Shown one piece after another: positions 16,819-25,446 of a DNA stretch of 37,270 nt. A program made the position numbers and the translations under genes. Position 1 is the first letter of the stretch, and every line of letters starts with the position of its first letter. Source of the stretch: Gemmatimonadota bacterium (GTDB lineage: Bacteria; Gemmatimonadota; Gemmatimonadetes; Gemmatimonadales; GWC2-71-9). The DNA lies in the NCBI GenBank assembly GCA_039591655.1, contig JBDHDE010000025.1:1-37270 (forward strand), read 5' to 3'. Under the pieces are notes generated by a model that saw nothing but the letters and a program-made list of their open reading frames with translations, ran no database searches and was not told the origin of the DNA.

Positions 16819-18474
16819 ATGGCGAAGTACCTCGAATTCGACACGCCGGCGATCAAGCAGGCCACAGATCTCAAGAGCGAGTACGGGCTCAAGAACCACG
16901 GCCTGATCCACCTGGACCGTGTCTTCTGGAATCTCCCCACTTCAGCCCTCTACGAAGAGGCTGTGTTCCGCGGAGAGGGTACCGTGGCCCACGGCGGACC
17001 ATTCATTGTGAACACCGGCAAGCACACGGCCAGAGCGGCCGCAGACAAGTTCGTGGTACACGAGTCGTCCACGGCCGACAAAGTATGGTGGGGTGAGTAC
17101 AACCGTCCGTTCGCGCAGGACAAGTTCAACGCGCTGCTCGCACGACTCCAGGCCTTTCTCCAAGGCGAGGAGCTCTTCGTGCAGGACTGTTATGCCGGCG
17201 CCGATCCCGAGTATCGTATGCCGATCCGGATCATCACCGAGAAGGCGTGGCACAACCTCTTCGCACGGAACATGTTCATCGGCCTCGAGAGCAGGGACGC
17301 CTACAAGAAGCACGTACCGGAATTCACGATCATCCAGGCGCCGTCGTTCAAGGCTGATCCGCGGGTGGACGGTACACGCACCGAGACCGCGATCATCCTG
17401 AACTTCGCCCAGCGCACGGCCATAATCTGCAATTCGGCCTACGGCGGGGAGATCAAGAAGAGCATCTTCACCGTGCTCAACTTCCTGCTGCCGCTCGAGG
17501 GCGTACTGTCCATGCACTGCTCGGCCAACGTGGGCAAGGACGGCGACGTCGCGCTGTTCTTCGGGCTGAGCGGGACGGGCAAGACCACCCTCTCGGCCGA
17601 TCCCACACGCCAACTCATCGGCGACGACGAGCATGGGTGGAGCGACTCCGGCGTGTTCAACTTCGAGGGTGGATGCTACGCCAAGGTGATCCGTCTCTCG
17701 GCTGAGGCGGAGCCTCAGATCTGGGAAGCTACGCGGCGCTTCGGCTGCATCCTTGAGAACGTGATCTACGATCCCACGACTCGATTCGTGGATCTGGACG
17801 ACGACGCCATCACCGAGAACACCAGGGCGTCATATCCATTGGAGTTCATCCCCAACACGGTGCCCGAGCGGATGGCGTACTCGCACCCCAAGAACGTGGT
17901 CTTCCTGACCTGTGATGCGTCCGGGGTGCTCCCGCCCATCGCGCGGCTGAACGCCGAGCAGGCCCAGTATCACTTCATCAGCGGTTACACTTCCAAGATC
18001 GCCGGCACGGAGATCGGGCTGGGGATCGAGCCGCAGATTACATTCAGCGCCTGCTTCGGGGCGCCGTTCATGGTGCATCACCCCTTCGAGTACGCCAGGC
18101 TCTTGAGCCAGAAGATGGCCAAGTTCGGCTCCACCTGCTGGCTGGTGAACACCGGTTGGACCGGCGGGCGCTTCGGCGTGGGCAAGCGGATCAGCATCCG
18201 TCACACCCGTGCGCTGCTGAACGCCGCGCTGGACGGGAAGCTCGCCGATGTGAAGTATCACCAGGACAAGCTGTTCGGGTTCGACGTGCCGCTGAGCTGT
18301 CCTGACGTCCCCGAGGAGGTACTGGATCCGGCGGCTTCCTGGGGCGACAAGGACGAGTACTGGAAGAAGTACGACGCCCTCGCGGCCCGCTACATCGAGA
18401 ACTTCAAGCTGTTCGCGGACGGCTGCCCAACGGAGGTCGTGGCGGCGGGACCCACGCGGCTGGCGCAGGTGTAA
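16819..18474 (+). CDS. pckA: Phosphoenolpyruvate carboxykinase (ATP)
   Basis: YGGEIKK, SMHCSAN, FFGLSGTGKTTLSAD, LIGDDEHGW, FNFEGGCYAK, TENTRASYP, FSACFGAPF, WLVNTGWTGG. Confidence 0.98.
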   Translation: MAKYLEFDTPAIKQATDLKSEYGLKNHGLIHLDRVFWNLPTSALYEEAVFRGEGTVAHGGPFIVNTGKHTARAAADKFVVHESSTADKVWWGEYNRPFAQDKFNALLARLQAFLQGEELFVQDCYAGADPEYRMPIRIITEKAWHNLFARNMFIGLESRDAYKKHVPEFTIIQAPSFKADPRVDGTRTETAIILNFAQRTAIICNSAYGGEIKKSIFTVLNFLLPLEGVLSMHCSANVGKDGDVALFFGLSGTGKTTLSADPTRQLIGDDEHGWSDSGVFNFEGGCYAKVIRLSAEAEPQIWEATRRFGCILENVIYDPTTRFVDLDDDAITENTRASYPLEFIPNTVPERMAYSHPKNVVFLTCDASGVLPPIARLNAEQAQYHFISGYTSKIAGTEIGLGIEPQITFSACFGAPFMVHHPFEYARLLSQKMAKFGSTCWLVNTGWTGGRFGVGKRISIRHTRALLNAALDGKLADVKYHQDKLFGFDVPLSCPDVPEEVLDPAASWGDKDEYWKKYDALAARYIENFKLFADGCPTEVVAAGPTRLAQV

Positions 18475-18528
18475 CGGGCTAGCATCACCGCGCCCCACCT
18501 CCACACGACGCTCACCACGGGTGCGACC

Positions 18529-18873
18529 ATGGGGAAGGATCGCCGATCCCAATTCCACGAGCGCCTCTCCACGGTCGGGTTCGGGCCGCGGGAGGCCATC
18601 GAGGTCATTCTCGGGAGCATCGTGCACGACGTGCGGGAGCAGGCATTACACAACCGGTTCGAGGAAGATGAGATGGACTCGGTCATTGCGTTCCACGACG
18701 ATGCCGAGCACCTCTGGCTCGATACGATGGCGACCGATCCGCCGCTCACGGCCGAAGACCTGAGCACTCGCCTCCGGGCTCTCCTCAATCAGTGCACCGG
18801 CGCCCTAGGACAGTTTCAGGCCAAGCTCGAGCGCAGCCTGCGCAACGCCCAGGAACTGGAAGGGAAGAGTTGA
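18529..18873 (+). CDS. Hypothetical protein (114 aa, acidic, helical)
   Basis: Fills the gap between pckA and the GH20 gene, with GC3-biased codons. No family recognised. Confidence 0.65.
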   Translation: MGKDRRSQFHERLSTVGFGPREAIEVILGSIVHDVREQALHNRFEEDEMDSVIAFHDDAEHLWLDTMATDPPLTAEDLSTRLRALLNQCTGALGQFQAKLERSLRNAQELEGKS

Positions 18874-18911
18874 GACTCACGACCACGCGCGCCGCGCATG
18901 TCCGAATCCCC

Positions 18912-21275
18912 ATGACGGCCATTCTACGCTGGACCATCTGCGGCATCGTGCTGTGGGGAGCCGCCGCCTGCGGCACGGCAACGGCGCCGCCAGGTGAGAT
19001 AGTCACGGCCGAGGTCGAACCGGTGGCTCTGTTGCCCATCGTCCCCCTACCGGAGCGCATGTCCCTCCGGACGGGCGTCTTCCCGCTGACGCTAGGGACG
19101 ACCGTGGCGCTGTCCGATCCAACAGACACGGAGCTCTACGCACTGGGGGCGCACGCCGCGGAGATGATCGGCGCCGCCCACGGCACCGACATCGAGGTCG
19201 CCGAGACGGCCGCCGACCGGGAGACCAGCGGGGCGATCGTGCTCACGCTCGGTGCCCCGGGCCTGAACCTGGGACGGGAGGGCTACCGCCTCGAAAGCGA
19301 CACCGCAGGGGTGAGGCTCACGGCAGCCACCCACGCCGGCCTGTTCTATGGGCTGCAGACCCTGCGCCAGCTCTTGCCGCCGGCCGCGGACTCCGCCACT
19401 TCACCGGCCATTCCCGCCGTGGAGATCGAGGACCGACCCCGGTTCGCCTACCGCGGGATGCAGCTGGACGTGGGACGCCACTTCTTCCCGGTCCCCTTCA
19501 TCAAGCGCTACATCGACCTGTTGGCGACGTATAAGATGAACACCTTCCACTGGCACCTCACCGAGGACCAGGGCTGGCGCATCGAGATCAGGCAGTACCC
19601 GCGGCTCACCGAGATCGGCTCGTGCCGTGCGGAGACCATCCTCGAGAAGAACGTCGATCCATATGTGGGAGACGGGATCCCCTACTGCGGCTTCTACACC
19701 CAGGAAGAGATCCGCGAGGTGGTGGCGCACGCTGCCTCCCGCTACGTGACGGTGATCCCCGAAATCGAGATGCCCGGCCACTCCGTGGCCGCCCTCGCCG
19801 CGTATCCCGAACTCGCGTGCACGGAGGGGCCGTTCGAGGTACCCACTGCCTGGGGCGTGAAGGAAGACATCTACTGCCCCAGCGAAGCGACGTTCGCATT
19901 CCTCGAGGATGTCCTGACCGAGGTGATGGAGCTGTTTCCCAGCCGCTACATCCACATCGGCGGCGACGAGGCGCCGAAGAGGCGCTGGGAGGAGAGCGAG
20001 CTCGCCCAGGAAGTCATCCGCCGCGAGGGTCTGGCCGACGAGCACGAGCTGCAGAGCTACTTCATCAGGCGGATCGAGGAGTTCCTATTGGCACACGGTC
20101 GTCGCCTCATCGGCTGGGACGAGATCCTCGAGGGCGGCTTGGCGCCCGAGGCGACCGTCATGTCGTGGCGTGGCATGGACGGCGGTATCGAGGCGGCGAG
20201 ACAGGGGCACGACGTCATCATGACCCCGACGAGCCACGCCTACTTCGACTACTACCAGGACGATCCCGCCTACGAGCCCCTCGCCATCGGGGGGCTGACG
20301 CCGCTGGAGAAGGTGTACGCTTTCGAGCCGATACCGGCGGAGCTGACGCTCGAGGAGGCACCGCACGTACTCGGCGCCCAGGGCAACCTGTGGACCGAGT
20401 ACATCAAGACCACCGACTATGTGGAGTACATGGCGTTACCGCGCATGCTCGCCCTGGCCGAGGTGGTATGGTCGCCCAAGGAGCTGCGGGATTGGGCCGG
20501 CTTCGCCGCGCGGCTCCCGGCGCAGCTGCGCCGACTGGACGCGTTGGACGTGAGCTACCGCATTCCCCACGTCCGGGGGCTCGAGCGCGACCGCCTCACT
20601 CTGGGGGATAGCATTACTGTAGAGCTGACGAGCCTCATCCCCGATGCCGAGGTCCGCTACACCACCGACGGGACCGATCCGACGCATGGGGCGCCGCTCT
20701 ACACGGAGCCATTGGTGCTGGACGTGAGCAGAGGCGGGGTGACCGTAGCGGCCCGGGCCTTCCTCCCCAACGGGCGGGCCAGCACCAATCGAACGGCCAC
20801 GTTCCGCAAGACGAGCCTGCGCCCGGCGCTGGTGGTCGGTGCCGACGCGCTTGCTTCCGGACTGCGATACCAGTACTACGAGGCGGCCGTTGAGTCGGTG
20901 GACTCGCTGAGGGGTCATTGGCCGATGCGCGAGGGCACCAGCGACCGCGTGGAGCTTCAGGGCGACGAGCGCGACGAACAGTTCGGTATCGTGTTCCACG
21001 GTTTCCTGCGCGTCCCGCGCGACGCCGTATACGCCTTCGCGCTCACATCGGATGACGGCAGCAAGCTGTTGATCGATGACGAGGTCGTAGTCGACCACGA
21101 CGGTCTGCACCGGGCAACCGAGCGGTGGGGGGCGATCGCGCTCGCCGCGGGGTATCACGCCTTCATGCTGCGGTTCTTCCAGGCGGGCGGAGGGAAGGTG
21201 CTGGGACTGAAGGCGCACCTGGAGGGGGAGAGCCAGCCGGCGCCGCTCACGGAGTGGCTGTACTACGAGAAGTGA
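18912..21275 (+). CDS. GH20 beta-N-acetylhexosaminidase lipoprotein with FN3/chitobiase-like and PA14 domains
   Basis: Lipobox-like GAAAC. DRPRFAYRGMQLDVGRHF, FHWHLTEDQGWR, catalytic HIGGDEA, GAQGNLWTEY, YTTDGTDPT, PA14 SDDGSKLLID..DHDGLH. Alternative TTG start at 18870 (TTGA overlap). Confidence 0.95.
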   Translation: MTAILRWTICGIVLWGAAACGTATAPPGEIVTAEVEPVALLPIVPLPERMSLRTGVFPLTLGTTVALSDPTDTELYALGAHAAEMIGAAHGTDIEVAETAADRETSGAIVLTLGAPGLNLGREGYRLESDTAGVRLTAATHAGLFYGLQTLRQLLPPAADSATSPAIPAVEIEDRPRFAYRGMQLDVGRHFFPVPFIKRYIDLLATYKMNTFHWHLTEDQGWRIEIRQYPRLTEIGSCRAETILEKNVDPYVGDGIPYCGFYTQEEIREVVAHAASRYVTVIPEIEMPGHSVAALAAYPELACTEGPFEVPTAWGVKEDIYCPSEATFAFLEDVLTEVMELFPSRYIHIGGDEAPKRRWEESELAQEVIRREGLADEHELQSYFIRRIEEFLLAHGRRLIGWDEILEGGLAPEATVMSWRGMDGGIEAARQGHDVIMTPTSHAYFDYYQDDPAYEPLAIGGLTPLEKVYAFEPIPAELTLEEAPHVLGAQGNLWTEYIKTTDYVEYMALPRMLALAEVVWSPKELRDWAGFAARLPAQLRRLDALDVSYRIPHVRGLERDRLTLGDSITVELTSLIPDAEVRYTTDGTDPTHGAPLYTEPLVLDVSRGGVTVAARAFLPNGRASTNRTATFRKTSLRPALVVGADALASGLRYQYYEAAVESVDSLRGHWPMREGTSDRVELQGDERDEQFGIVFHGFLRVPRDAVYAFALTSDDGSKLLIDDEVVVDHDGLHRATERWGAIALAAGYHAFMLRFFQAGGGKVLGLKAHLEGESQPAPLTEWLYYEK

Positions 21276-21307
21276 CACTACGGCTGGACGATCGCTCCCC
21301 TAAAGTC

Positions 21308-22234
21308 CTATGGCACGTTCTCCCTGAGCCACTCCACAATGAACGCCCAGTCCTCCACGGTCACGATCCCGTGGCCCGAGTCGGTCCAGCGGAACTCCCT
21401 GGGATCCCCCACTAATCGCTGCAGCGGCTGCACCGACGTGTCCGTGAAGTAGTCGGCGTCGTTGCGGCCGTTCAGCATGAGGAGCGGCCGCGGGCTGATA
21501 CGCCCGATGTAGTTGGCGGGGCACGCCGCGGGGAGATGACCCCTCTCGAGCCGGTCGAAGTGGCCGCCGTGGATCAGGGCCGCGGCGACGAACCTCGGGT
21601 CCGCACCGGCGACGATCATGCTAATTTGCGCTCCGCGGCTGAAGCCCACCAAGCCGATCCGGGTGGGATCCACGCCGCGCTCCTCCACGAGATAATCGAA
21701 GGAGCGGCCTGCGTCCTTCACGGTCTGGGCCACCCACGTCAGGTACGTCGACGGTTGATTGTACAGCCGGTCGTGCTTCTCCTGCTCGGTGAACGTCTGC
21801 AGGAAACCGGTGGCCCGCTCGCCCCAGTACTTCATATCGATGGTCAACGCGGCAAACCCGGCCCGCGCTAGCAGCTCGGCAGGGACCCGAAGACGCCCTT
21901 TGCCGGCGGGCCCCCCACCGTGGAGCAAGAGCACTGCACGCCCTGTGGCGTGGGCCGCGTCCGGCTGGTACAGCCGGGCCGTGACGCGCTCTCCTGGTGT
22001 GCTCACGAACGTGACGTGTTCGATCTCGAAGCCGTCGCCCGGAGTCCGCTCCAGGACCTCCGTCTCAAACGGCAGGTCACTGCTGTATGCGAAAAAGTCG
22101 AGGTATGCGGCGAAGGTGCGATCGTCAACCGGCCTGGTCAGCCACTCGTCGGTCGGCCGCTCTTGTGCGGGGGCTGACACCGCCGCTGTCACTGCTGTAA
22201 CGACCAGAGCCAAGACTCGGCCACTGCAATTCAT
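21308..22234 (-). CDS. Secreted alpha/beta hydrolase (dienelactone hydrolase/peptidase S9-like)
   Basis: Signal peptide ending VSAPA-Q. LLLHGGG, nucleophile GFSRG, acid in GRNDAD, His in DSGHG. AGGAG RBS upstream. Confidence 0.88.
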   Translation of the reverse strand: MNCSGRVLALVVTAVTAAVSAPAQERPTDEWLTRPVDDRTFAAYLDFFAYSSDLPFETEVLERTPGDGFEIEHVTFVSTPGERVTARLYQPDAAHATGRAVLLLHGGGPAGKGRLRVPAELLARAGFAALTIDMKYWGERATGFLQTFTEQEKHDRLYNQPSTYLTWVAQTVKDAGRSFDYLVEERGVDPTRIGLVGFSRGAQISMIVAGADPRFVAAALIHGGHFDRLERGHLPAACPANYIGRISPRPLLMLNGRNDADYFTDTSVQPLQRLVGDPREFRWTDSGHGIVTVEDWAFIVEWLRENVP

Positions 22235-22256
22235 GGTAGGCTCCTATCCAGCGGTG

Positions 22257-24296
22257 TCACTGCGGTTCCAGTGTACGCATGATGCGGAACCCAATGATGT
22301 CACTGGCGAACGCGGGATCGAAGGACTCTCCGTGAGACGCCTCGAACATGTATGTCGGGTCCTGCCACGAGCCTCCCACCACCAGGCGGCGGCCGGGATC
22401 GTCGGCAGCGTCACCCAGCCACTCCCGCACGTTCCCCGCCATGTCGAGGGCGCCGAACGGACTCACGCCGAGAGGATGGGACTCCACGGGCTCGGTGCTC
22501 AGCAGCCCGAAGTTCGCCCGCATGTCCGTCGACATGACGTCGTCCCCCCAAGGGAAGACCATCCCGCCCTCACCCACCGCCGCCCGCCACCACTGATCCC
22601 AGCTCGGCAGGTCGCCGCCGGTCCAGCGCGCGTAAGCCGAGGCCTCGTACCATGACACCCCGACCACCGGGTGGTCGTCCAGACCCGCGGGGTAGCTGCC
22701 GCCGGACCAGCCCCGCGGCCCCGAGAGTCCGGTCCGGTCAACGAACCGCTGGACCCCCGACGTCCATATGAGCCGCTGCCCCTCGATCATCAGGCTCTCG
22801 GGCCAGAAAGCAGGATTGCGGTATCCGCCACCCAGCACGAACTGCAGGAACTCGGCGTTGGTGACCTCGTGCCGCCCGATCAAGAACGCCGCCACGGCCG
22901 CTGCTCCACGATGTATGTCAGACCGGCCCTCACTCACCAGCACCAAGCCGGCTGTCGCCGAGTCGGCAGCCAGAAGTCCTCGCTCGATGCGGATCGTGTC
23001 CCCCACCGCCACAGAGACGATGAAGGCAAGCTCCGTGTATGCGTCAGCCGACACGGCGACCAGGTACTCGCCCGCCACGACGGTGAGATCCTCCGTCGGT
23101 GTGCGACCGATGGAGATCGCTTCGCGCGCCGAGAAATCCGCGATGGGGGTGACCCGGGTGAGTCGGACCGGCGCCCCGGACGGATCCGTCGCGAGGGACA
23201 ACACGCCGGCGACCTGGTCCGCCAGTGCCACCACACGCCGATCGCCCAAGCTGATGCTCGCTGTCCCAAGACCCTCGTGGACCTGGTCCAGGCTACCCTC
23301 TTGAGCGGCGGGCGTGAGCTCTGCGAGCACGGCAGCAATCCGGGCACCGGTGCTGCGCCGCCACTGCACAACTGCTGCCACCACGACAACGGCCACGACA
23401 GCCAGCACGATCGCGCCCCAGGTCCGCCGCGACGGTCGCCGCACGGGCGCCGGGGCCTGAGCCGGGCGCCCTCCCAGCACCCTGGCGAAGTCGCCGACCG
23501 TCGCGTAACGACTGTCCGGGTCCGCCGCCAGGGCCTTGGCTAACGCGAGCTCGAGGTCGCCCGGCGTATCGCCACGCCTCGACGAGAGCTGGGGCGCGGC
23601 TTCTGTCAGGCGTTTCGCGATCATCTCCTGGGCCGTCTTGCCTGTGAACGGCGGCTCGCCGGTGAGCATCTCGTACAGCACGCAGGCCAGGCTGTACAAG
23701 TCGCTCCGCCCGTCCAGCTCGCCACTCGCCGTTGCCTGCTCGGGACTCATGTACGCCGGCGTGCCGATGGCCAAGCCCGTGTGGGTCAGTTGGTCGCCGC
23801 CGGCGGTGCTGATGGCCCTGGCGATTCCGAAGTCTGCCACGACGGCGTGCTGGTCCTCCAACAGTATGTTCTCGGGCTTGATGTCACGGTGGATGACATC
23901 GTTCCGATGGGCGTAGTCCAGGGCGTCGGCGACCTCCCGGGCGATCGCCAATGCCTCCTCCACCGGCATGCGACCCTCACGCCGCATCCTCTCCCCGAGG
24001 GACTCCCCCCGGACATACGGCATGACGTAATACAGGAAACCCGCCGCCTCTCCGGAGTCGTACAGGGGAAGCACATGAGGGTGGTTGAGCCGCGCGGTGA
24101 TCTGGATCTCCCGCAGAAACCGCTCGCCGCCCAGAACGGCCGCCAGCTCGGGCCGCAGGACCTTGAGAGCGACATCGCGGTCGTGTTTGCGGTCCCGCGC
24201 CAGGTAGACTGTGGCCATCCCCCCCGCACCGAGCTCCCGCTCGATGGCGTAGCGGTCGGCCAGGGCTGCCTTGAGACGCTGGAACTGGTTGGTCAC
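22257..24296 (-). CDS. Membrane Ser/Thr kinase with PEGA-like and FGE-sulfatase (SUMF1)-fold ectodomain
   Basis: Intact kinase motifs (GAGGMA, VALK, HRDIKPEN, DFG). TM AIVLAVVAVVVVAAVV. FGE motifs HEVTNAEF, HPVVGVSWYEASAYARW, FPWG, SPFGALDMAGNVREW, GGSW, GFR. Start re-called to GTG 24296 (GGAG 6 nt upstream). Confidence 0.92.
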   Translation of the reverse strand: MTNQFQRLKAALADRYAIERELGAGGMATVYLARDRKHDRDVALKVLRPELAAVLGGERFLREIQITARLNHPHVLPLYDSGEAAGFLYYVMPYVRGESLGERMRREGRMPVEEALAIAREVADALDYAHRNDVIHRDIKPENILLEDQHAVVADFGIARAISTAGGDQLTHTGLAIGTPAYMSPEQATASGELDGRSDLYSLACVLYEMLTGEPPFTGKTAQEMIAKRLTEAAPQLSSRRGDTPGDLELALAKALAADPDSRYATVGDFARVLGGRPAQAPAPVRRPSRRTWGAIVLAVVAVVVVAAVVQWRRSTGARIAAVLAELTPAAQEGSLDQVHEGLGTASISLGDRRVVALADQVAGVLSLATDPSGAPVRLTRVTPIADFSAREAISIGRTPTEDLTVVAGEYLVAVSADAYTELAFIVSVAVGDTIRIERGLLAADSATAGLVLVSEGRSDIHRGAAAVAAFLIGRHEVTNAEFLQFVLGGGYRNPAFWPESLMIEGQRLIWTSGVQRFVDRTGLSGPRGWSGGSYPAGLDDHPVVGVSWYEASAYARWTGGDLPSWDQWWRAAVGEGGMVFPWGDDVMSTDMRANFGLLSTEPVESHPLGVSPFGALDMAGNVREWLGDAADDPGRRLVVGGSWQDPTYMFEASHGESFDPAFASDIIGFRIMRTLEPQ

Positions 24297-24427
24297 CACA
24301 CACTCCGTCAGATCGCGAAAGGCGTAAACTACGACCCCAAGTCTGCCTCGGCCAGCAGCGCGGTGGGGTGGAGCCACACTTTCGGCCACCGATTGCCTAG
24401 TTTAGAAGCAGAGTCGAGGAGGCATAG

Positions 24428-24706
24428 ATGAAGGCATTGGCCGAAGTGCAGGTTATACCCATTGGCTCCGGTGTATCGGTACGCGAGGAGGTCAAGCGCG
24501 CCCACCGGATCCTGGAGGATTCGGGCCTCAATGCGCAACTCCACTCGAACGGCACCAACCTCGAAGGGGAGCTTACAGACATCTTCGCGGCGATCATCCG
24601 GGTCCACGAGACCCTGCACGCCGAGGGCACCGCGCGGCTCTCGACCCACATCAAGATCGGCACCCGGACCGACAAGGAGCCCAGCCTCGCGGGCAAGCTC
24701 TTCTGA
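24428..24706 (+). CDS. MTH1187/YkoF-like thiamine-binding family protein
   Basis: AGGAGG RBS. AEVQVIPIGSGVSV..EV, GTNLEGE, RLSTHIKIGTRTDK match the MTH1187 pattern. Confidence 0.9.
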   Translation: MKALAEVQVIPIGSGVSVREEVKRAHRILEDSGLNAQLHSNGTNLEGELTDIFAAIIRVHETLHAEGTARLSTHIKIGTRTDKEPSLAGKLF

Positions 24707-24789
24707 GCTTGCCGCCGCGTGCTGAGGGCTTTTCCTTTCAGCGGGCCGATCTCAGTGGATTGAACGGAGTACGTTGACCAGAGCCGGGC

Positions 24790-25443
24790 ATGTCGCTCAT
24801 TCGTAGATTCCGCGCCTTCTTCGCCGCCGGGAGAGGGTTCGTCACGGGCCTCTCCGACGAGAAGGCCGGGGACGACCCCATCGCGCTGTTCGGGAGGTGG
24901 TTCGGTGACGCCAAGCGGGCCGGGATCTTCCTGCCCGAGACCATGACCCTCGCGACCTGCGCCAGCGACGGAGCTCCCACAGCCCGACAGATGCTCCTCA
25001 AGGGATTCGACGAGCGCGGCTTCGTGTTCTACACCAACTACGAGAGCCGCAAGGGGGAAGAGCTCGTCGCCAACCCCAGGGCGGCCCTGGTCTTCCACTG
25101 GTCCATCTTGGAGCGACAGATCCGGATCGAGGGCCCCGTGGAGCGCCTTTCCAAAGAGGAATCAGAGGCGTACTTCCGCACCCGTGCCCGGGGGAGCCAA
25201 CTCGGCGCCTGGGCTTCCTCCCAGAGCCGTACTCTCGAGAGCCGAGAGGCGCTCGAGCGTCAGTTCAAGGAGCACGAAGCGAAGTTCAGGGGCGGCGAGG
25301 TGCCGCTGCCACAGTTCTGGGGCGGGTTCAGGGTCCGGCCTCTGCGGATCGAGTTCTGGCAGGGGCGCCTCAATCGGCTGCACGACCGGCTGTGCTACAC
25401 CCGGGTAGGCGGGGGCTGGGAGCGAACGCGGCTGCAGCCGTAG
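24790..25443 (+). CDS. pdxH: Pyridoxine/pyridoxamine 5'-phosphate oxidase
   Basis: DPIALFGRWF, MTLAT, ARQMLLKG, FYTNYESRKG, RQIRIEG, SQLGAWASSQS, EFWQGRLNRLHDR, RLQP end. Confidence 0.96.
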   Translation: MSLIRRFRAFFAAGRGFVTGLSDEKAGDDPIALFGRWFGDAKRAGIFLPETMTLATCASDGAPTARQMLLKGFDERGFVFYTNYESRKGEELVANPRAALVFHWSILERQIRIEGPVERLSKEESEAYFRTRARGSQLGAWASSQSRTLESREALERQFKEHEAKFRGGEVPLPQFWGGFRVRPLRIEFWQGRLNRLHDRLCYTRVGGGWERTRLQP

Positions 25444-25446
25444 CGC

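Noticed and set aside
22257..22400. FGE/C-type-lectin-fold C-terminus as a diversity-generating retroelement target
   Set aside because: No reverse transcriptase and no template-repeat copy of this segment is visible in the window.
24790..24850. Tat signal on PdxH (IRRFRAFF)
   Set aside because: It does not match S/T-R-R-x-F-L-K, and there is no hydrophobic h-region or cleavage site.
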